Positions 9,163 through 19,097 are shown, counted from the stretch's first letter. The stretch is DNA of 64,000 bases from Pseudomonadota bacterium (GCA_039799905.1 JBDLRP010000030.1:1-64000), one strand, 5' to 3'. The notes: generated by a model from the sequence alone, not told the origin. Program-made: numbers and translations.

Positions 9163-9957
9163 TCAGAAGGAATCATCGCGGCCGGCAATAAAACTCTCTG
9201 CCTGCCGCGTTTTTGGGTTCGTAAAAAAACGTGTTGTGGGTGTGCATTCAATCACCCTTCCGTCGAGCAAAAATAAAATTTTATCACTGAGCCGGCTGGC
9301 CTGAAGAAGGTCGTTGGTGGCACTGATGAGAGTCATACTCTCGCTTTGTGCCAAGAGAATGGCCTCGGTGTTTTTCACCATGACCGGATCCATGCGGATG
9401 AACGCCTCATCGAGCATCAGCAGGCGGGGCTTGCGCAGCAGCGCGCGGATGATGGCCAGCTGCTGCAAGATGGGCTGATCGATTTGGCTTGCCAGCAGTT
9501 CGGCCACCGAAAGCAATTGAGCCTTGTTGCGGTTGGAAATCGGCAGGGAGTCTATGAAATCCTCAAACGGCATTCGCTCAAGACCGCTCACCACGCGCAC
9601 CGCCTCGAAATTCTGTGCAATCGAAACCGGCAGCCACGCACTTGCGTCACCCACCAGGGCCATCTGTCGTTGCAACACAGAAAGAGTCGAAGAAGAGGGC
9701 TTTTTTTCTGCGAAAGTCTCACCAAAAATGCGACAATGACCGGTTTGGATGGGACTCTCAAGGCCGCTGATGTTGCGGTCCCAGATGGACTGCGAAATGA
9801 CCTTCAAAAGCAGGCTTTTGCCGGAGCCAGCCGGCCCCACGACTCCCAGCGACTCGCCTGCCGTCACAGAAAGCTCGATGCCCTGCAGAAGGGCTGAATA
9901 ACCCGACTGCAGGGCATAGTTTTGAAGTTCGATGATGGTCGGCTGGCCCGAACTCAT
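9163..9957 (-). CDS. degenerate PstB-like ABC ATPase
   Basis: Walker A GPAGSGKS, Walker B LLMLDE, PstB-like tail FFTNPK...FIAGR; no LSGGQ and no H-loop His; TGATG overlap with citrate synthase. Confidence 0.7.
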   Translation of the reverse strand: MSSGQPTIIELQNYALQSGYSALLQGIELSVTAGESLGVVGPAGSGKSLLLKVISQSIWDRNISGLESPIQTGHCRIFGETFAEKKPSSSTLSVLQRQMALVGDASAWLPVSIAQNFEAVRVVSGLERMPFEDFIDSLPISNRNKAQLLSVAELLASQIDQPILQQLAIIRALLRKPRLLMLDEAFIRMDPVMVKNTEAILLAQSESMTLISATNDLLQASRLSDKILFLLDGRVIECTPTTRFFTNPKTRQAESFIAGRDDSF

Positions 9958-11108
9958 CAGCCGCGCTGCGCCATGGGCGCAATGCCGGCTTCGGTCGGAC
10001 CGACGTATTTTGCGGCTGGACGGTAGATGCGGTTGTCCTGCCACATCTCGATGATGTGGGAAGACCAGCCGACCACGCGTGCCACAGCAAAGATAGGCGT
10101 AAAGTCGATCGTTTCGATGTTCATGGCGCGGTACATCGCCCCAGACCAGAAGTCGACGTTCGGCCAAATATAGTCTTTGGACGTCTTGCTGAGTTCTTCA
10201 ATCATCGTGTCATGCACAATGCGGAGAGTTTCGTAGGTTTTCTTGTCGCCCGTCTGGGCAACGAGTGTTTCAAGCATGGAGCGGAGAACTTTGGCACGTG
10301 GGTCCATCGTGCGGTAGACGCGGTGACCAAAACCCATGACCTTGGCCTTGGTTGCCAGAGCATTTGCAACCCACTCTTTGGCCTTCTCAGGTGCGCCGAT
10401 CTTGTCAGCCATCTCGAGGACTTTTTCGTTTGCTCCACCATGCAGGGGGCCACTCAGCGCACCGACCGCGCCAGAAACTGAAGCCGTCAGCCGAGCCTCT
10501 GTGGATGCAATCACACGGGCAGAGAAGGTGGACGCGTTGAAGTCGTGGTCCATGTGCAGCATGAGCGCGACGTCAAACATCCGAGCAGTTTCTTTGCTGG
10601 GAACCGTGCCGTTGAGCATATAAAGGAAGTTTTCGGCGTGGTTGAGATCGGCGCGTGGCTCGACAGGAGCAAGTCCGCGGCGACGGCGCGAAATGCGCGC
10701 AACTGCAGTACCAAGCTGTGCGGTCAGGCGGACAGCGTTGCGCACGTTGCCATCAACGTCTTTGAGGTTGACCGGTTGTTCGTCCCACGCAAGAGCCGCC
10801 ATTGCAGCTTGCAGCACCATCATCGGGTGCGCAGTGCGGGGAGCAGCGTCGATGACGGATTCGACCGTCTTGGGCAGCGCACGGAATTCTTTGAGTTCAG
10901 CGGTTACCTTTGCGAGCTCGTTCTGGTTGGGAAGTTTTCCGCGCAGAAGGAAAAAAGTCATCTCTTCAAATGTAGATTTTTCAGCAATTTCTTCGATAGA
11001 AATTCCGCGGTAAATCAAACGGCCAACTTCGCCCTGTACCTGGCTGACGGAAGTCGCATCTGCCACTACGCCCGCAAGTCCTTTGGAAAAGCCTAATTCT
11101 TCTGCCAT
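9957..11108 (-). CDS. citrate synthase / 2-methylcitrate synthase family (short dimeric type)
   Basis: GRLIYRG, DHDFNASTF, GPLHGGANE, MGFGHRVY, DPRA, PNVDF; RBS GGAGG before ATG 11108. Confidence 0.93.
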   Translation of the reverse strand: MAEELGFSKGLAGVVADATSVSQVQGEVGRLIYRGISIEEIAEKSTFEEMTFFLLRGKLPNQNELAKVTAELKEFRALPKTVESVIDAAPRTAHPMMVLQAAMAALAWDEQPVNLKDVDGNVRNAVRLTAQLGTAVARISRRRRGLAPVEPRADLNHAENFLYMLNGTVPSKETARMFDVALMLHMDHDFNASTFSARVIASTEARLTASVSGAVGALSGPLHGGANEKVLEMADKIGAPEKAKEWVANALATKAKVMGFGHRVYRTMDPRAKVLRSMLETLVAQTGDKKTYETLRIVHDTMIEELSKTSKDYIWPNVDFWSGAMYRAMNIETIDFTPIFAVARVVGWSSHIIEMWQDNRIYRPAAKYVGPTEAGIAPMAQRG

Positions 11109-11237
11109 GGTCGTGCCTCCCTGATAACGAAACAATAATGCGATGGCTCTACTTTAAAACACGGCCCCGACTCAACAGGCGTGTCCTAAAAGACTGCCTG
11201 TTATCGGCGGCAAAGGTAACACCCTTTACGGCGGGTG

Positions 11238-12239
11238 TCAGGAATGTTGCAACTGGGATTTCTTGAAAAATTCCTGACTTTGCTCGGCCAGAAGCCGGTA
11301 GGGAGTGGGTCTGCCCTCGTGGCGCAGGAACTTTTCGAACTGTCTGGCGCAGTCGGCAAAATGTTCTGGATCAAGTATCCCGCGGAATCTTTGCACACCC
11401 AAATAGACTCCGTAGGTGATCAGCACGTCCACGGCGCAATAGTCTTCGATGAGCTGGGTGGCTCCCTGGGCGTAGTACGCTTCGGCCACCCGGCTGCCGT
11501 CCATGCCTTCAAGCTTGCCTGCCAAACCCATCGATTGTGCCAAAACGTCAAGTCCAATCTTCTGCGAAGCATTGCCGTTGACGAATTGAGCGAGGTCGAA
11601 AGTTTTATCGAGGGCGAACCGCGAGCGATAGGAATCATAGCCGAACTCGCGGCTATACTCGGGAATCGGGCATGCAATAAAATGTTTCATGCTGCGCTGC
11701 TCGATCACCGGCAGGTCGAAACCGGCAATGTTGTATCCGCAAAAAGTCACCGGAAGCGGCTTGAGTTTTTTGCGTTGAAAATCGCTCATGCGAAAATCAG
11801 ACTGGACGTGATCATACCAAATCCGCGCGGCATCGGCGTGTTTGGTGCAAAAACTCCAAAACTCGCGCAGCAGTTTGGCCTCAGCCGCCAACAGTGAGTC
11901 GTAATCGGCACACACGGGAAGAGTTTTTTTGAAGCCGTCGATGATGACGTGTGTTTCGGGGTGAACAAACACCGCACAAATACACATCACCAAATGATAC
12001 ATTGGTGGCGGAAAATTGATTTGCCGCTGCTCGCGGATTAGGCCGACGATAGAAACATCGGCCCAATCACGATCCCTGCTGAACGCGCGGCCGTGCGGCA
12101 GCTGCGGATCGTAGCCAGCAATCATCAGCGGGATGTCGGGAACAGTTTCAATGTCGAAAACAAGAACGGGAGCGGCCGGTCTTTCGCCGGCACGCTGCGA
12201 TCCGAAAACGGGCGATGGAGCGTCGGTGCTGTTGCTCAC
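11238..12239 (-). CDS. PolB-like 3'-5' exonuclease (DnaQ superfamily)
   Basis: ExoI VFDIET, ExoII GYNIAGFDLP, ExoIII YCAVDV, GK.GMDGS.V. Confidence 0.82.
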   Translation of the reverse strand: MSNSTDAPSPVFGSQRAGERPAAPVLVFDIETVPDIPLMIAGYDPQLPHGRAFSRDRDWADVSIVGLIREQRQINFPPPMYHLVMCICAVFVHPETHVIIDGFKKTLPVCADYDSLLAAEAKLLREFWSFCTKHADAARIWYDHVQSDFRMSDFQRKKLKPLPVTFCGYNIAGFDLPVIEQRSMKHFIACPIPEYSREFGYDSYRSRFALDKTFDLAQFVNGNASQKIGLDVLAQSMGLAGKLEGMDGSRVAEAYYAQGATQLIEDYCAVDVLITYGVYLGVQRFRGILDPEHFADCARQFEKFLRHEGRPTPYRLLAEQSQEFFKKSQLQHS

Positions 12240-12251
12240 TCTCGCGTTTCC

Positions 12252-13790
12252 TCAGTTGGAACTCAGAGCGCGGGCAATCTGAACCGACAGCTGCACGCCG
12301 AAACCGGAGCTGATTTTGCGCGGGAATCCGACTGCCATGTTGCCGTTGGCAACACCGGCGATGTCAATGTGGCAGTAAGGCTTGTTTTCCACAAATTCCT
12401 TCAGGAACATTGCGCCCACCGACGATCCGCAGGCGCCTGCCGTGGCGCCAATGTTGATAACATCTGCAATGGTTCCCTTGACGTCCTCACCAATTTCATC
12501 CCACGTAGGCATGGGCCAGACGCGCTCGCCCGCTAGTTGCGCGGACGATTGGACGGTCTTCTCGAGTGTATCGGAGTTGAACGAGAAGACTCCCGCTCCG
12601 AGGTGACCCAGCGCAGCTATCATTGCTCCGGTGAGCGTCGAGTATTCGATGATTGTGTCTGGCTTGAGGTCTTTTGCAGTGTAGGACAGCGCATCAGACA
12701 ACACGATGCGTCCTTCAGCGTCGGTGTTGAGAACTTCGATCGTCTTGCCGCTGTATGTCGTGAGAACGTCACCCACTCGATACGCGTGAGCATCGATCAT
12801 GTTTTCACACAGGGCAGCCACGGCAAACACGCGCACGGGCAGCTGCAACTTGGCGATCGCCACAACGGAGTTGAGCACAACGGCCGCACCCGACATGTCG
12901 TACTTCATGCCGACCTGACTGGTGGATGGAGTTTTTATGGAGTAACCGCCGGTGTCCATTGTCAGACCCTTGCCGACAAATGCCAGAGAGGTTTTTGCGT
13001 TGGTCGGAGCATATTCCACCACGACAAATTGTGGTTCGTTGGAGCTGCCGCCGGCAACAGCCATCATCGCACCGAAACCCATTTGACGGAGTTTTTCCGC
13101 ACCGTAAACCTGCACAGAGAGTCCGGCAGCGCGTGCTTTTTCACTCATCACTTCGGCAACGTATTTGGGTGTCGCAACGTTCGGCGGAGCGTCCTGCAGC
13201 AATCGACAGACTTCGATTGAGTCGGCAATGATGCCCGCTTCCTTCAGGCCGGCCTCGGCATTGCCCGCAAGCCCTGCGAATTTGAACTCAACGGGAGTTT
13301 CGAGATCCTTGCGCGCATCCGCGCTCAGATTTGAATTTGGATATTTATAAGTTCCCATGCGCAAGCCGATGGCCATCTGCGCGACAAGATCGGTTGAGGA
13401 CAAAAACGTGCTGGTTCCGCACAGGCTCACGCGAGCTGCCTTGAAGCGAGCTGCCTCTTCGGCGATTTTCAAACCAAGTTGACGAGCACGGGCCGGCTTT
13501 TCGTCGGTCTTTTTTCCTGCGCCGACAAGGACAACTCGCTTTGCAACAACCGTGTTGGAACACAGCGTCACGGCCGTCGAGAGCCACTTCCCTTCGAAAT
13601 CCTTGAGCGCCGCGAGCGCCGCCACAGCTCCGCCCAGCGAGGAGTCGAGTGACAGCAGTTCATTATTCTTGATTTTGCCCTGATCGAGGTCACCCTCGTC
13701 GAGCACGACGACGACAACGTCTGCGGACTGGTTGGCGATATTGGGTACTGCGGTGATATTGACGGGTTTCACGGGTGCTAACGTAGCCAT
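12252..13790 (-). CDS. pepA: leucyl aminopeptidase (M17)
   Basis: VGKGLTMDTGG, MKYDMSG, NTDAEGR, TLTGA, HIDIAG. Confidence 0.94.
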   Translation of the reverse strand: MATLAPVKPVNITAVPNIANQSADVVVVVLDEGDLDQGKIKNNELLSLDSSLGGAVAALAALKDFEGKWLSTAVTLCSNTVVAKRVVLVGAGKKTDEKPARARQLGLKIAEEAARFKAARVSLCGTSTFLSSTDLVAQMAIGLRMGTYKYPNSNLSADARKDLETPVEFKFAGLAGNAEAGLKEAGIIADSIEVCRLLQDAPPNVATPKYVAEVMSEKARAAGLSVQVYGAEKLRQMGFGAMMAVAGGSSNEPQFVVVEYAPTNAKTSLAFVGKGLTMDTGGYSIKTPSTSQVGMKYDMSGAAVVLNSVVAIAKLQLPVRVFAVAALCENMIDAHAYRVGDVLTTYSGKTIEVLNTDAEGRIVLSDALSYTAKDLKPDTIIEYSTLTGAMIAALGHLGAGVFSFNSDTLEKTVQSSAQLAGERVWPMPTWDEIGEDVKGTIADVINIGATAGACGSSVGAMFLKEFVENKPYCHIDIAGVANGNMAVGFPRKISSGFGVQLSVQIARALSSN

Positions 13791-13878
13791 GGAAGTCCTC
13801 TCTTGCTTTGATTGCTAACGAGCCCTAAGTGGTGGATTCTGCTCGTCTGCGGCGTCGCGGGCGGGAGAATGGCCCAGA

Positions 13879-14928
13879 GTGCCTTTGAGTTCAAGTATTA
13901 CGAGGGATTTTGTGGGGATTTTCCGACCGGTTTCACTGGTCTTTACAATCATCGGGATTGTCATCACCACAGCGACCGTCTGGTTCGTTCCGTGGGTGCT
14001 GACTTTTCACCTCGGTGTCCTCGTTTATTTTCCCTATCAACCCAAAAGCGAACAGCGCTATATGCGCATCACAGGCCCTTGGTCGGGCCCGAACAAGAAG
14101 AACTGGGTTGACGGGCGGGACATCCCCAAAGCCTGCAAGCTGGCATTGGTGGCGGCCGAAGACACCAAGTTCTTCATCCATCACGGCATTGACCTTGAGA
14201 GCCTTGAAAAAAGTTACGAGTACAACCAACGAAAAAAGAAGACCAAACGCGGCGGCAGCACCATCACCCAGCAGCTCGTGAAAAATGCTTTTTTGTCGCG
14301 GGAGCGCAGCTATCTGCGCAAGGCACGCGAAATCGTCGGCGCCGTTTTGCTGGATGCAACCGCAAGTAAAAATATGCAGCTCGACTGGTACTTCAATATT
14401 GTCGAATTCGGACCCAATGTTTACGGCATCAAAGATGCAGCGCAATTCTACTTTAAAAAGTCGGCCTCCCAGCTCAGCCAGAGGGAATGTGCAAGCCTTG
14501 TCGCCGTCCTGCCAAGCCCCAACAAGTGGAATAAATCGCTCAAAGCCGGTGCGCCATCGGGATTCCTTGCCGCGCGCGTAGGAACCATCCTCGCACGCAT
14601 GAAGATGATCCCAACCGAGGAACTCATAGGCTCAAGCCGCACAGCGTCGGTCAACAAAGGCCAGAAGAAACAGCCACCGGCATCGGCCCAGCCTTCGGGC
14701 GATACAAGTGCACCACCTCTGGCTCCGCAAGGTCCTTCAGGCGGCATTCCTGCCGATCCGCTTGAACAAGCTGAAATTCAAGCCGAAAAAGCTGAGCAAC
14801 TGGATTTGCCTGAAGAGCTCGGAGAAGGAGACTGGGGCGCATACGAAATTGGAAAAGATAGCTGGGGGATGGAAAACCCCGCATCCAACAAGCAAGCCCC
14901 TGAAAATACGGATGCAAATAATCAGTAA
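13879..14928 (+). CDS. mtgA: monofunctional peptidoglycan transglycosylase with disordered C-terminal tail
   Basis: AAEDTKF..HHG, RGGSTITQQLVKN, RKARE, YFN.VEFG..YG; N-terminal TM helix. Confidence 0.88.
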   Translation: MPLSSSITRDFVGIFRPVSLVFTIIGIVITTATVWFVPWVLTFHLGVLVYFPYQPKSEQRYMRITGPWSGPNKKNWVDGRDIPKACKLALVAAEDTKFFIHHGIDLESLEKSYEYNQRKKKTKRGGSTITQQLVKNAFLSRERSYLRKAREIVGAVLLDATASKNMQLDWYFNIVEFGPNVYGIKDAAQFYFKKSASQLSQRECASLVAVLPSPNKWNKSLKAGAPSGFLAARVGTILARMKMIPTEELIGSSRTASVNKGQKKQPPASAQPSGDTSAPPLAPQGPSGGIPADPLEQAEIQAEKAEQLDLPEELGEGDWGAYEIGKDSWGMENPASNKQAPENTDANNQ

Positions 14929-14957
14929 AAGTTTACGCGTTCTGACCGCCGTAAACA

Positions 14958-14986
14958 TTGCCAACTGCGGTTGAAGGTGCTAACCG
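14958..14986 (+). promoter_or_regulatory. candidate sigma70 promoter for the small basic protein gene
   Basis: TTGCCA-17 nt-TAACCG with extended -10 TG. Confidence 0.4.
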
Positions 14987-15037
14987 ACACATCTCTTCTG
15001 GCAATGCCAGAGTAAACGTACCAGAGAGGATTGTGCC

Positions 15038-15184
15038 ATGACTTCACCAACCGACATCACCAACCGTCGTCGCGCAGCGAAAGCAGCTAAACGCGGCACT
15101 GCCCGTAAGAACCAAGTGCGTGCCACCGGCACGACACCGCTTCTGTTCGCTCTCAACAAACCGACAGCGAATGAAAAGAAGTAA
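15038..15184 (+). CDS. small basic hypothetical protein, 48 aa (below the ORF-track cutoff)
   Basis: RBS GAGAGGA; MTSPTDITNRRRAAKAAKRGTARKNQVRATGTTPLLFALNKPTANEKK; CGT/CGC/AAC/GCT codons; terminator follows. Confidence 0.8.
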   Translation: MTSPTDITNRRRAAKAAKRGTARKNQVRATGTTPLLFALNKPTANEKK

Positions 15185-15205
15185 AAAGGTAAAAGTTTGA
15201 CAATC

Positions 15206-15242
15206 GGGGCGCCTCACCACGAGTGGGGCGCCTCGCTTTTTT
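15206..15242 (+). terminator. Rho-independent terminator
   Basis: GGGGCGCCTCAC-CACGA-GTGGGGCGCCTC then GCTTTTTT. Confidence 0.75.
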
Positions 15243-15307
15243 GCATCGAAATGTGTTAAGTTTGCCGTTCCGGAGATTCACAGTCGTTCAGGAGGTTACC
15301 AGCCAGT

Positions 15308-15859
15308 ATGCGTCCACCGGGTCCAAATCGTGCTCCAGTTCAAGAAGGTCCTCGCATCAATGATCGCATCAAAGCACTTGAAGTTCGCCTCATCGATGAG
15401 GTGGGAGGACAGGTTGGCGTCATTTCCACCCGCGATGCACTGGCCCGCGCTGAAGAAGCCGGACTTGATTTGGTTGAAGTCTCGCCCGATGCCGTTCCGC
15501 CGGTCTGTAAGCTGATTGACTACGGCAAGTATAAATACCAGCAGAGCAAGAAGGCTCAGGAAGCCAAGAAAAAGCAGGTTGTGATTGAGGTCAAAGAACT
15601 CAACCTCACGCCCAACACCGATGCCCACGACATTGAAACAAAGCAGAATCACATCCGCCGCTGGGTTGCTGAAAAGAACCGCGTTCGTGTGGGTGTCAAA
15701 TTCCGTGGCCGTGAGATGTCACACCAAGAACTGGGTCACGAAGTTCTCCAGCAGCTCATCAAAGGCATCGAAGATCTCGTTGTGCCCGAAGCTCCTCCTC
15801 GCATGGAAGGCCGGCGTCTGACGATCACTCTGCTGCCACGCGGCGAGAAAGAAAAATAA
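15308..15859 (+). CDS. infC: translation initiation factor IF-3
   Basis: RINDRI...EVRLI, LDLVEVSP.A.PPVCK.IDYGKYKY, FRGRE. Confidence 0.96.
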   Translation: MRPPGPNRAPVQEGPRINDRIKALEVRLIDEVGGQVGVISTRDALARAEEAGLDLVEVSPDAVPPVCKLIDYGKYKYQQSKKAQEAKKKQVVIEVKELNLTPNTDAHDIETKQNHIRRWVAEKNRVRVGVKFRGREMSHQELGHEVLQQLIKGIEDLVVPEAPPRMEGRRLTITLLPRGEKEK

Positions 15860-15940
15860 ATCTACAGGTCAATTTGACACATCCGGAAGGATTGAACTAA
15901 CCTTACGGGGTTAGTTTTCTCCTCCTTTTTGTTGCGTTTT

Positions 15941-15972
15941 TAGGGCCGCTTTTACAGCGGCCCTATTTTTTT
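15941..15972 (+). terminator. terminator between convergent infC and ileS
   Basis: TAGGGCCGCT-TTTAC-AGCGGCCCTA followed by T7. Confidence 0.8.
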
Positions 15973-15974
15973 GC

Positions 15975-18900
15975 TTAACGACGACTCAGTTTGAGCGTCA
16001 CGGAGTGTCCCTCGATTTCGAGCGACTGTTCAAACGCGGCATTCGCCAAGTTCGCCACACATTCACTGAGAGTTTCGTCCTCAATGTAGGCGCGGTTCTT
16101 TTCGATGGCCGACTGGAACAGCGAATTGCTGGTGAGAATCTGCAGCGAAATGCGATCTTCAACCTCAAAATTTGCGCTCTTGCGGGCCTTTTGCACCAAG
16201 CTGACAACCTCGCGGGCCAAGCCTTCCATGCGCAGCTCTTCACTGAGCGTGGGGTCGAGTGCAGCAACGAGTTCGGCGTCGGTGGCCACCAACTGATGTC
16301 CGGTGCCTTGCAATTCAACAGTCACCATATCGGGCGTCAGTTCCATGCCCAAAGCGTGGATGGATTGCTTCTGCAATGCCCTCTGACAATCTGCGGGTGA
16401 AAGTTGCGCCAATGCGCCTTGCATGTCTTTCATCCGATCACCCAAAACGCGACCGAGCACTTTGAAATTGGGCTTGACGTTGATCTTTGCCAGTGACGAC
16501 GGGTCAAGAGTGATTTCGACTGTCTTGACGTTGAGCTCGTCGGCAATCACGTCGCGCATGCCAGCCAGTTGTGTTGCCGCAGACTCTTGCACAACACCAA
16601 TCGTGATGGACGACAGCGGCTGGCGATTTTTAAGCTTGTGGGCTGTGCGGATATTGCGGCCGAGTTCGACGACGCGGCGCGCGAGCGCAACGCGCGCCAA
16701 TAGGTCCTGCTCCTGTGCAGAGAGGGTGCGCACCTGCGGCAACAACGAGAGATGCACACTTCCGACTTTTTGAAGTTCTTTGGTCAGCGCTAACTTGCCA
16801 AAGAAATATTCAGCCGAAAATGGAGCATAAGGGGCAAGCAACTGCACTGTTCGGACCAGCACGTCAAACAACGTCGAGAATGCCTCTCTGTCGGCATTCC
16901 AAAAACGCCGACGGCTGCGACGGATATACCAGTTGTTCAGGTCGTCGAGGAAGTCGACAATCGACGGTACAGCCTTTGCAATCTGATAGGAATTCATTGA
17001 CTCATCAACAAGACGGGTCAGTTCATCCAGCCGCAGTTTGATCCAGACGTCGAGCTCGTTTTTGCTTTGCAGCGACTCGCTCTCAGGGTCAAAATTTTCC
17101 AGTGCGGAATAAGTCGCAAAAAACGCATAGGCATTCCACAGCGGCAACAGCACGCGGCGAGTGTTTTCTTTGACCCCTTCAACGCTGAAGCGCACTTCCT
17201 CGGCCACAGTTGCAGGCGAGTTGAGCAGGAAGAGACGAACCGAATCGGCGCCGTATTCATCGAGTGTGCCCATCGGATCGGGATAATTTTTAAGACTCTT
17301 GCTCATCTTGCGCCCATCGGCGGCAAGAACAAGCCCGTTGACAACAACGTTTTTAAACGCCGGTTGCCCGAAAAGCGCGGTGCTCAAAATGTTGAGCGTG
17401 TAGAACCAACCGCGGGTCTGATCGATTCCCTCGCATATAAAATCAGCGGGGAAGTTTTTCTTGAATTCGGCGGCGCCCTGAAACGGCCAGTGTCTTTCTG
17501 CATAAGGCATCGAACCTGATTCGAACCAGCAATCGAATACAAACGGCACGCGTTTCAAAACACCACGGCCAGTTGGCGAAGGAATCGTGATGCCGTCGAT
17601 AAATTCCATGTGCAGGTCGTCGATCTTGCGGCCGGCGTATTTTTCCAGTTCCGCAACCGAACCCAAGCAGACAGTTTCACCGGTTTCGTCATTCTTCCAG
17701 ATCGGAATCGGGTTGCCCCAGTAGCGCGTTCGCGCCACATTCCACTCGCGCGCGTTTTCAAGCCACTTGCCAAAACGTCCATGCTTGATGTGCTCGGGCG
17801 TCCAGTTGATTTGCTCGTTTGAAGCCAAGAGATTCGCCTTGATTTTATCAACGTCAACGAACCAGCTCGGCACGGCGCGGTACATGAGCGGCAAACCTGA
17901 GCGGTAGCACATCGGATAACTATGGACGAAAGTCTCGTGGCGGAAAATAAATCCGCGCTTTTTGAGGTCTCCGAGAAGTATCTTGTCGCCGGCCTTGAAG
18001 TCGAGTCCGACAACCTCGGGGTGATTCTTGCTGGTGTATTTGCCGCTCACATCGAGGTGATCGATGACAGGCAAGTTGTATTGCTTGGCACAGCGGAAGT
18101 CGTCTTCACCGAACGCAGGCGCAGTGTGGACCGCACCGGTACCGGTGTCGTGCAGAACGTAGTTGGTGGCATAAACTTTGAACGCATTCGTGCCGGCCTG
18201 ATCGAGATAGTAGTCGAAGAATGGCTGATAACTTTCACCGGCCATTTCCTCGCCTTTGAACGTCCGGCGGAGTTCGAATTCACCCTCTTTGAAATAGGCA
18301 CCCACGCGCGATTCGAGAAGGATGACAGTTTCCTGCTGTTTGGTGTCCCAAACCTCGGCATAGGTCGCGTCGCCATCAATTGCGACAGCGAGGTTGGCAG
18401 GAAGCGTCCATGGCGTTGTGGTCCAGACCAACAAACTCTTTCCAGAAAAACGGCCCTGCATGCGCGCGCGCAACGTGACCGACGGGTCTTGAATATCGCG
18501 ATAATCGAGACTCGCCTCGAAGTTCGATAGGCTCGAACCAAGCGCGGACGAGTAACTCATGACAAACCGGCCCTCGTAAACGAGGCCTTTGTCCCAGAGA
18601 TTCTTGAACACCGCCCAGACGCTTTCCATGAACTTGAGATCCATGGTGCGATATTCGTTTTCCATGTCGACCCAGCGACCCAAACGGCGCATGTAATTGC
18701 GCCACTCGCCGGTGTAACGCAGCACCGACTCTCGGCAAGCTGCATTGAATTTGGCAACGCCGAATTTTTCAATTTCGGGTCGGCCGTTGAGGCCGAGTTC
18801 TTTTTGAATCAGCATCTCAACAGGAACACCATGGCAGTCCCAGCCGAAGCGGCGCTCAACACGGTAGCCCTTCATTGTGAAATAGCGCGGAAAAGCATCC

Positions 18901-19097
18901 TTGATGCTCGAGGGCACAAAGTGGCCGAAGTGCGGAAGTCCGGTTGCAAAGGGCGGCCCGTCGTAAAAGTTGTATTTTTTGTCGTGCGGACGCTCGTCGA
19001 TACTTCTTTGAAAGGTTTTCTCACGATCCCACTTCTCGGCGACAGTTTTTTCCATCGACGGAAAATGGATGGATTTTTCCGGACGCTCAACGCGCAT
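15975..19097 (-). CDS. ileS: isoleucine-tRNA ligase, type 2
   Basis: DGPPFATGLPHFGH, GWDCHG, WTTTPWTLP, FDCWFESGSMP, KMSKS, NWYIRRSRRRFW; long C-terminus with no zinc-finger Cys pairs. Confidence 0.96.
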   Translation of the reverse strand: MRVERPEKSIHFPSMEKTVAEKWDREKTFQRSIDERPHDKKYNFYDGPPFATGLPHFGHFVPSSIKDAFPRYFTMKGYRVERRFGWDCHGVPVEMLIQKELGLNGRPEIEKFGVAKFNAACRESVLRYTGEWRNYMRRLGRWVDMENEYRTMDLKFMESVWAVFKNLWDKGLVYEGRFVMSYSSALGSSLSNFEASLDYRDIQDPSVTLRARMQGRFSGKSLLVWTTTPWTLPANLAVAIDGDATYAEVWDTKQQETVILLESRVGAYFKEGEFELRRTFKGEEMAGESYQPFFDYYLDQAGTNAFKVYATNYVLHDTGTGAVHTAPAFGEDDFRCAKQYNLPVIDHLDVSGKYTSKNHPEVVGLDFKAGDKILLGDLKKRGFIFRHETFVHSYPMCYRSGLPLMYRAVPSWFVDVDKIKANLLASNEQINWTPEHIKHGRFGKWLENAREWNVARTRYWGNPIPIWKNDETGETVCLGSVAELEKYAGRKIDDLHMEFIDGITIPSPTGRGVLKRVPFVFDCWFESGSMPYAERHWPFQGAAEFKKNFPADFICEGIDQTRGWFYTLNILSTALFGQPAFKNVVVNGLVLAADGRKMSKSLKNYPDPMGTLDEYGADSVRLFLLNSPATVAEEVRFSVEGVKENTRRVLLPLWNAYAFFATYSALENFDPESESLQSKNELDVWIKLRLDELTRLVDESMNSYQIAKAVPSIVDFLDDLNNWYIRRSRRRFWNADREAFSTLFDVLVRTVQLLAPYAPFSAEYFFGKLALTKELQKVGSVHLSLLPQVRTLSAQEQDLLARVALARRVVELGRNIRTAHKLKNRQPLSSITIGVVQESAATQLAGMRDVIADELNVKTVEITLDPSSLAKINVKPNFKVLGRVLGDRMKDMQGALAQLSPADCQRALQKQSIHALGMELTPDMVTVELQGTGHQLVATDAELVAALDPTLSEELRMEGLAREVVSLVQKARKSANFEVEDRISLQILTSNSLFQSAIEKNRAYIEDETLSECVANLANAAFEQSLEIEGHSVTLKLSRR

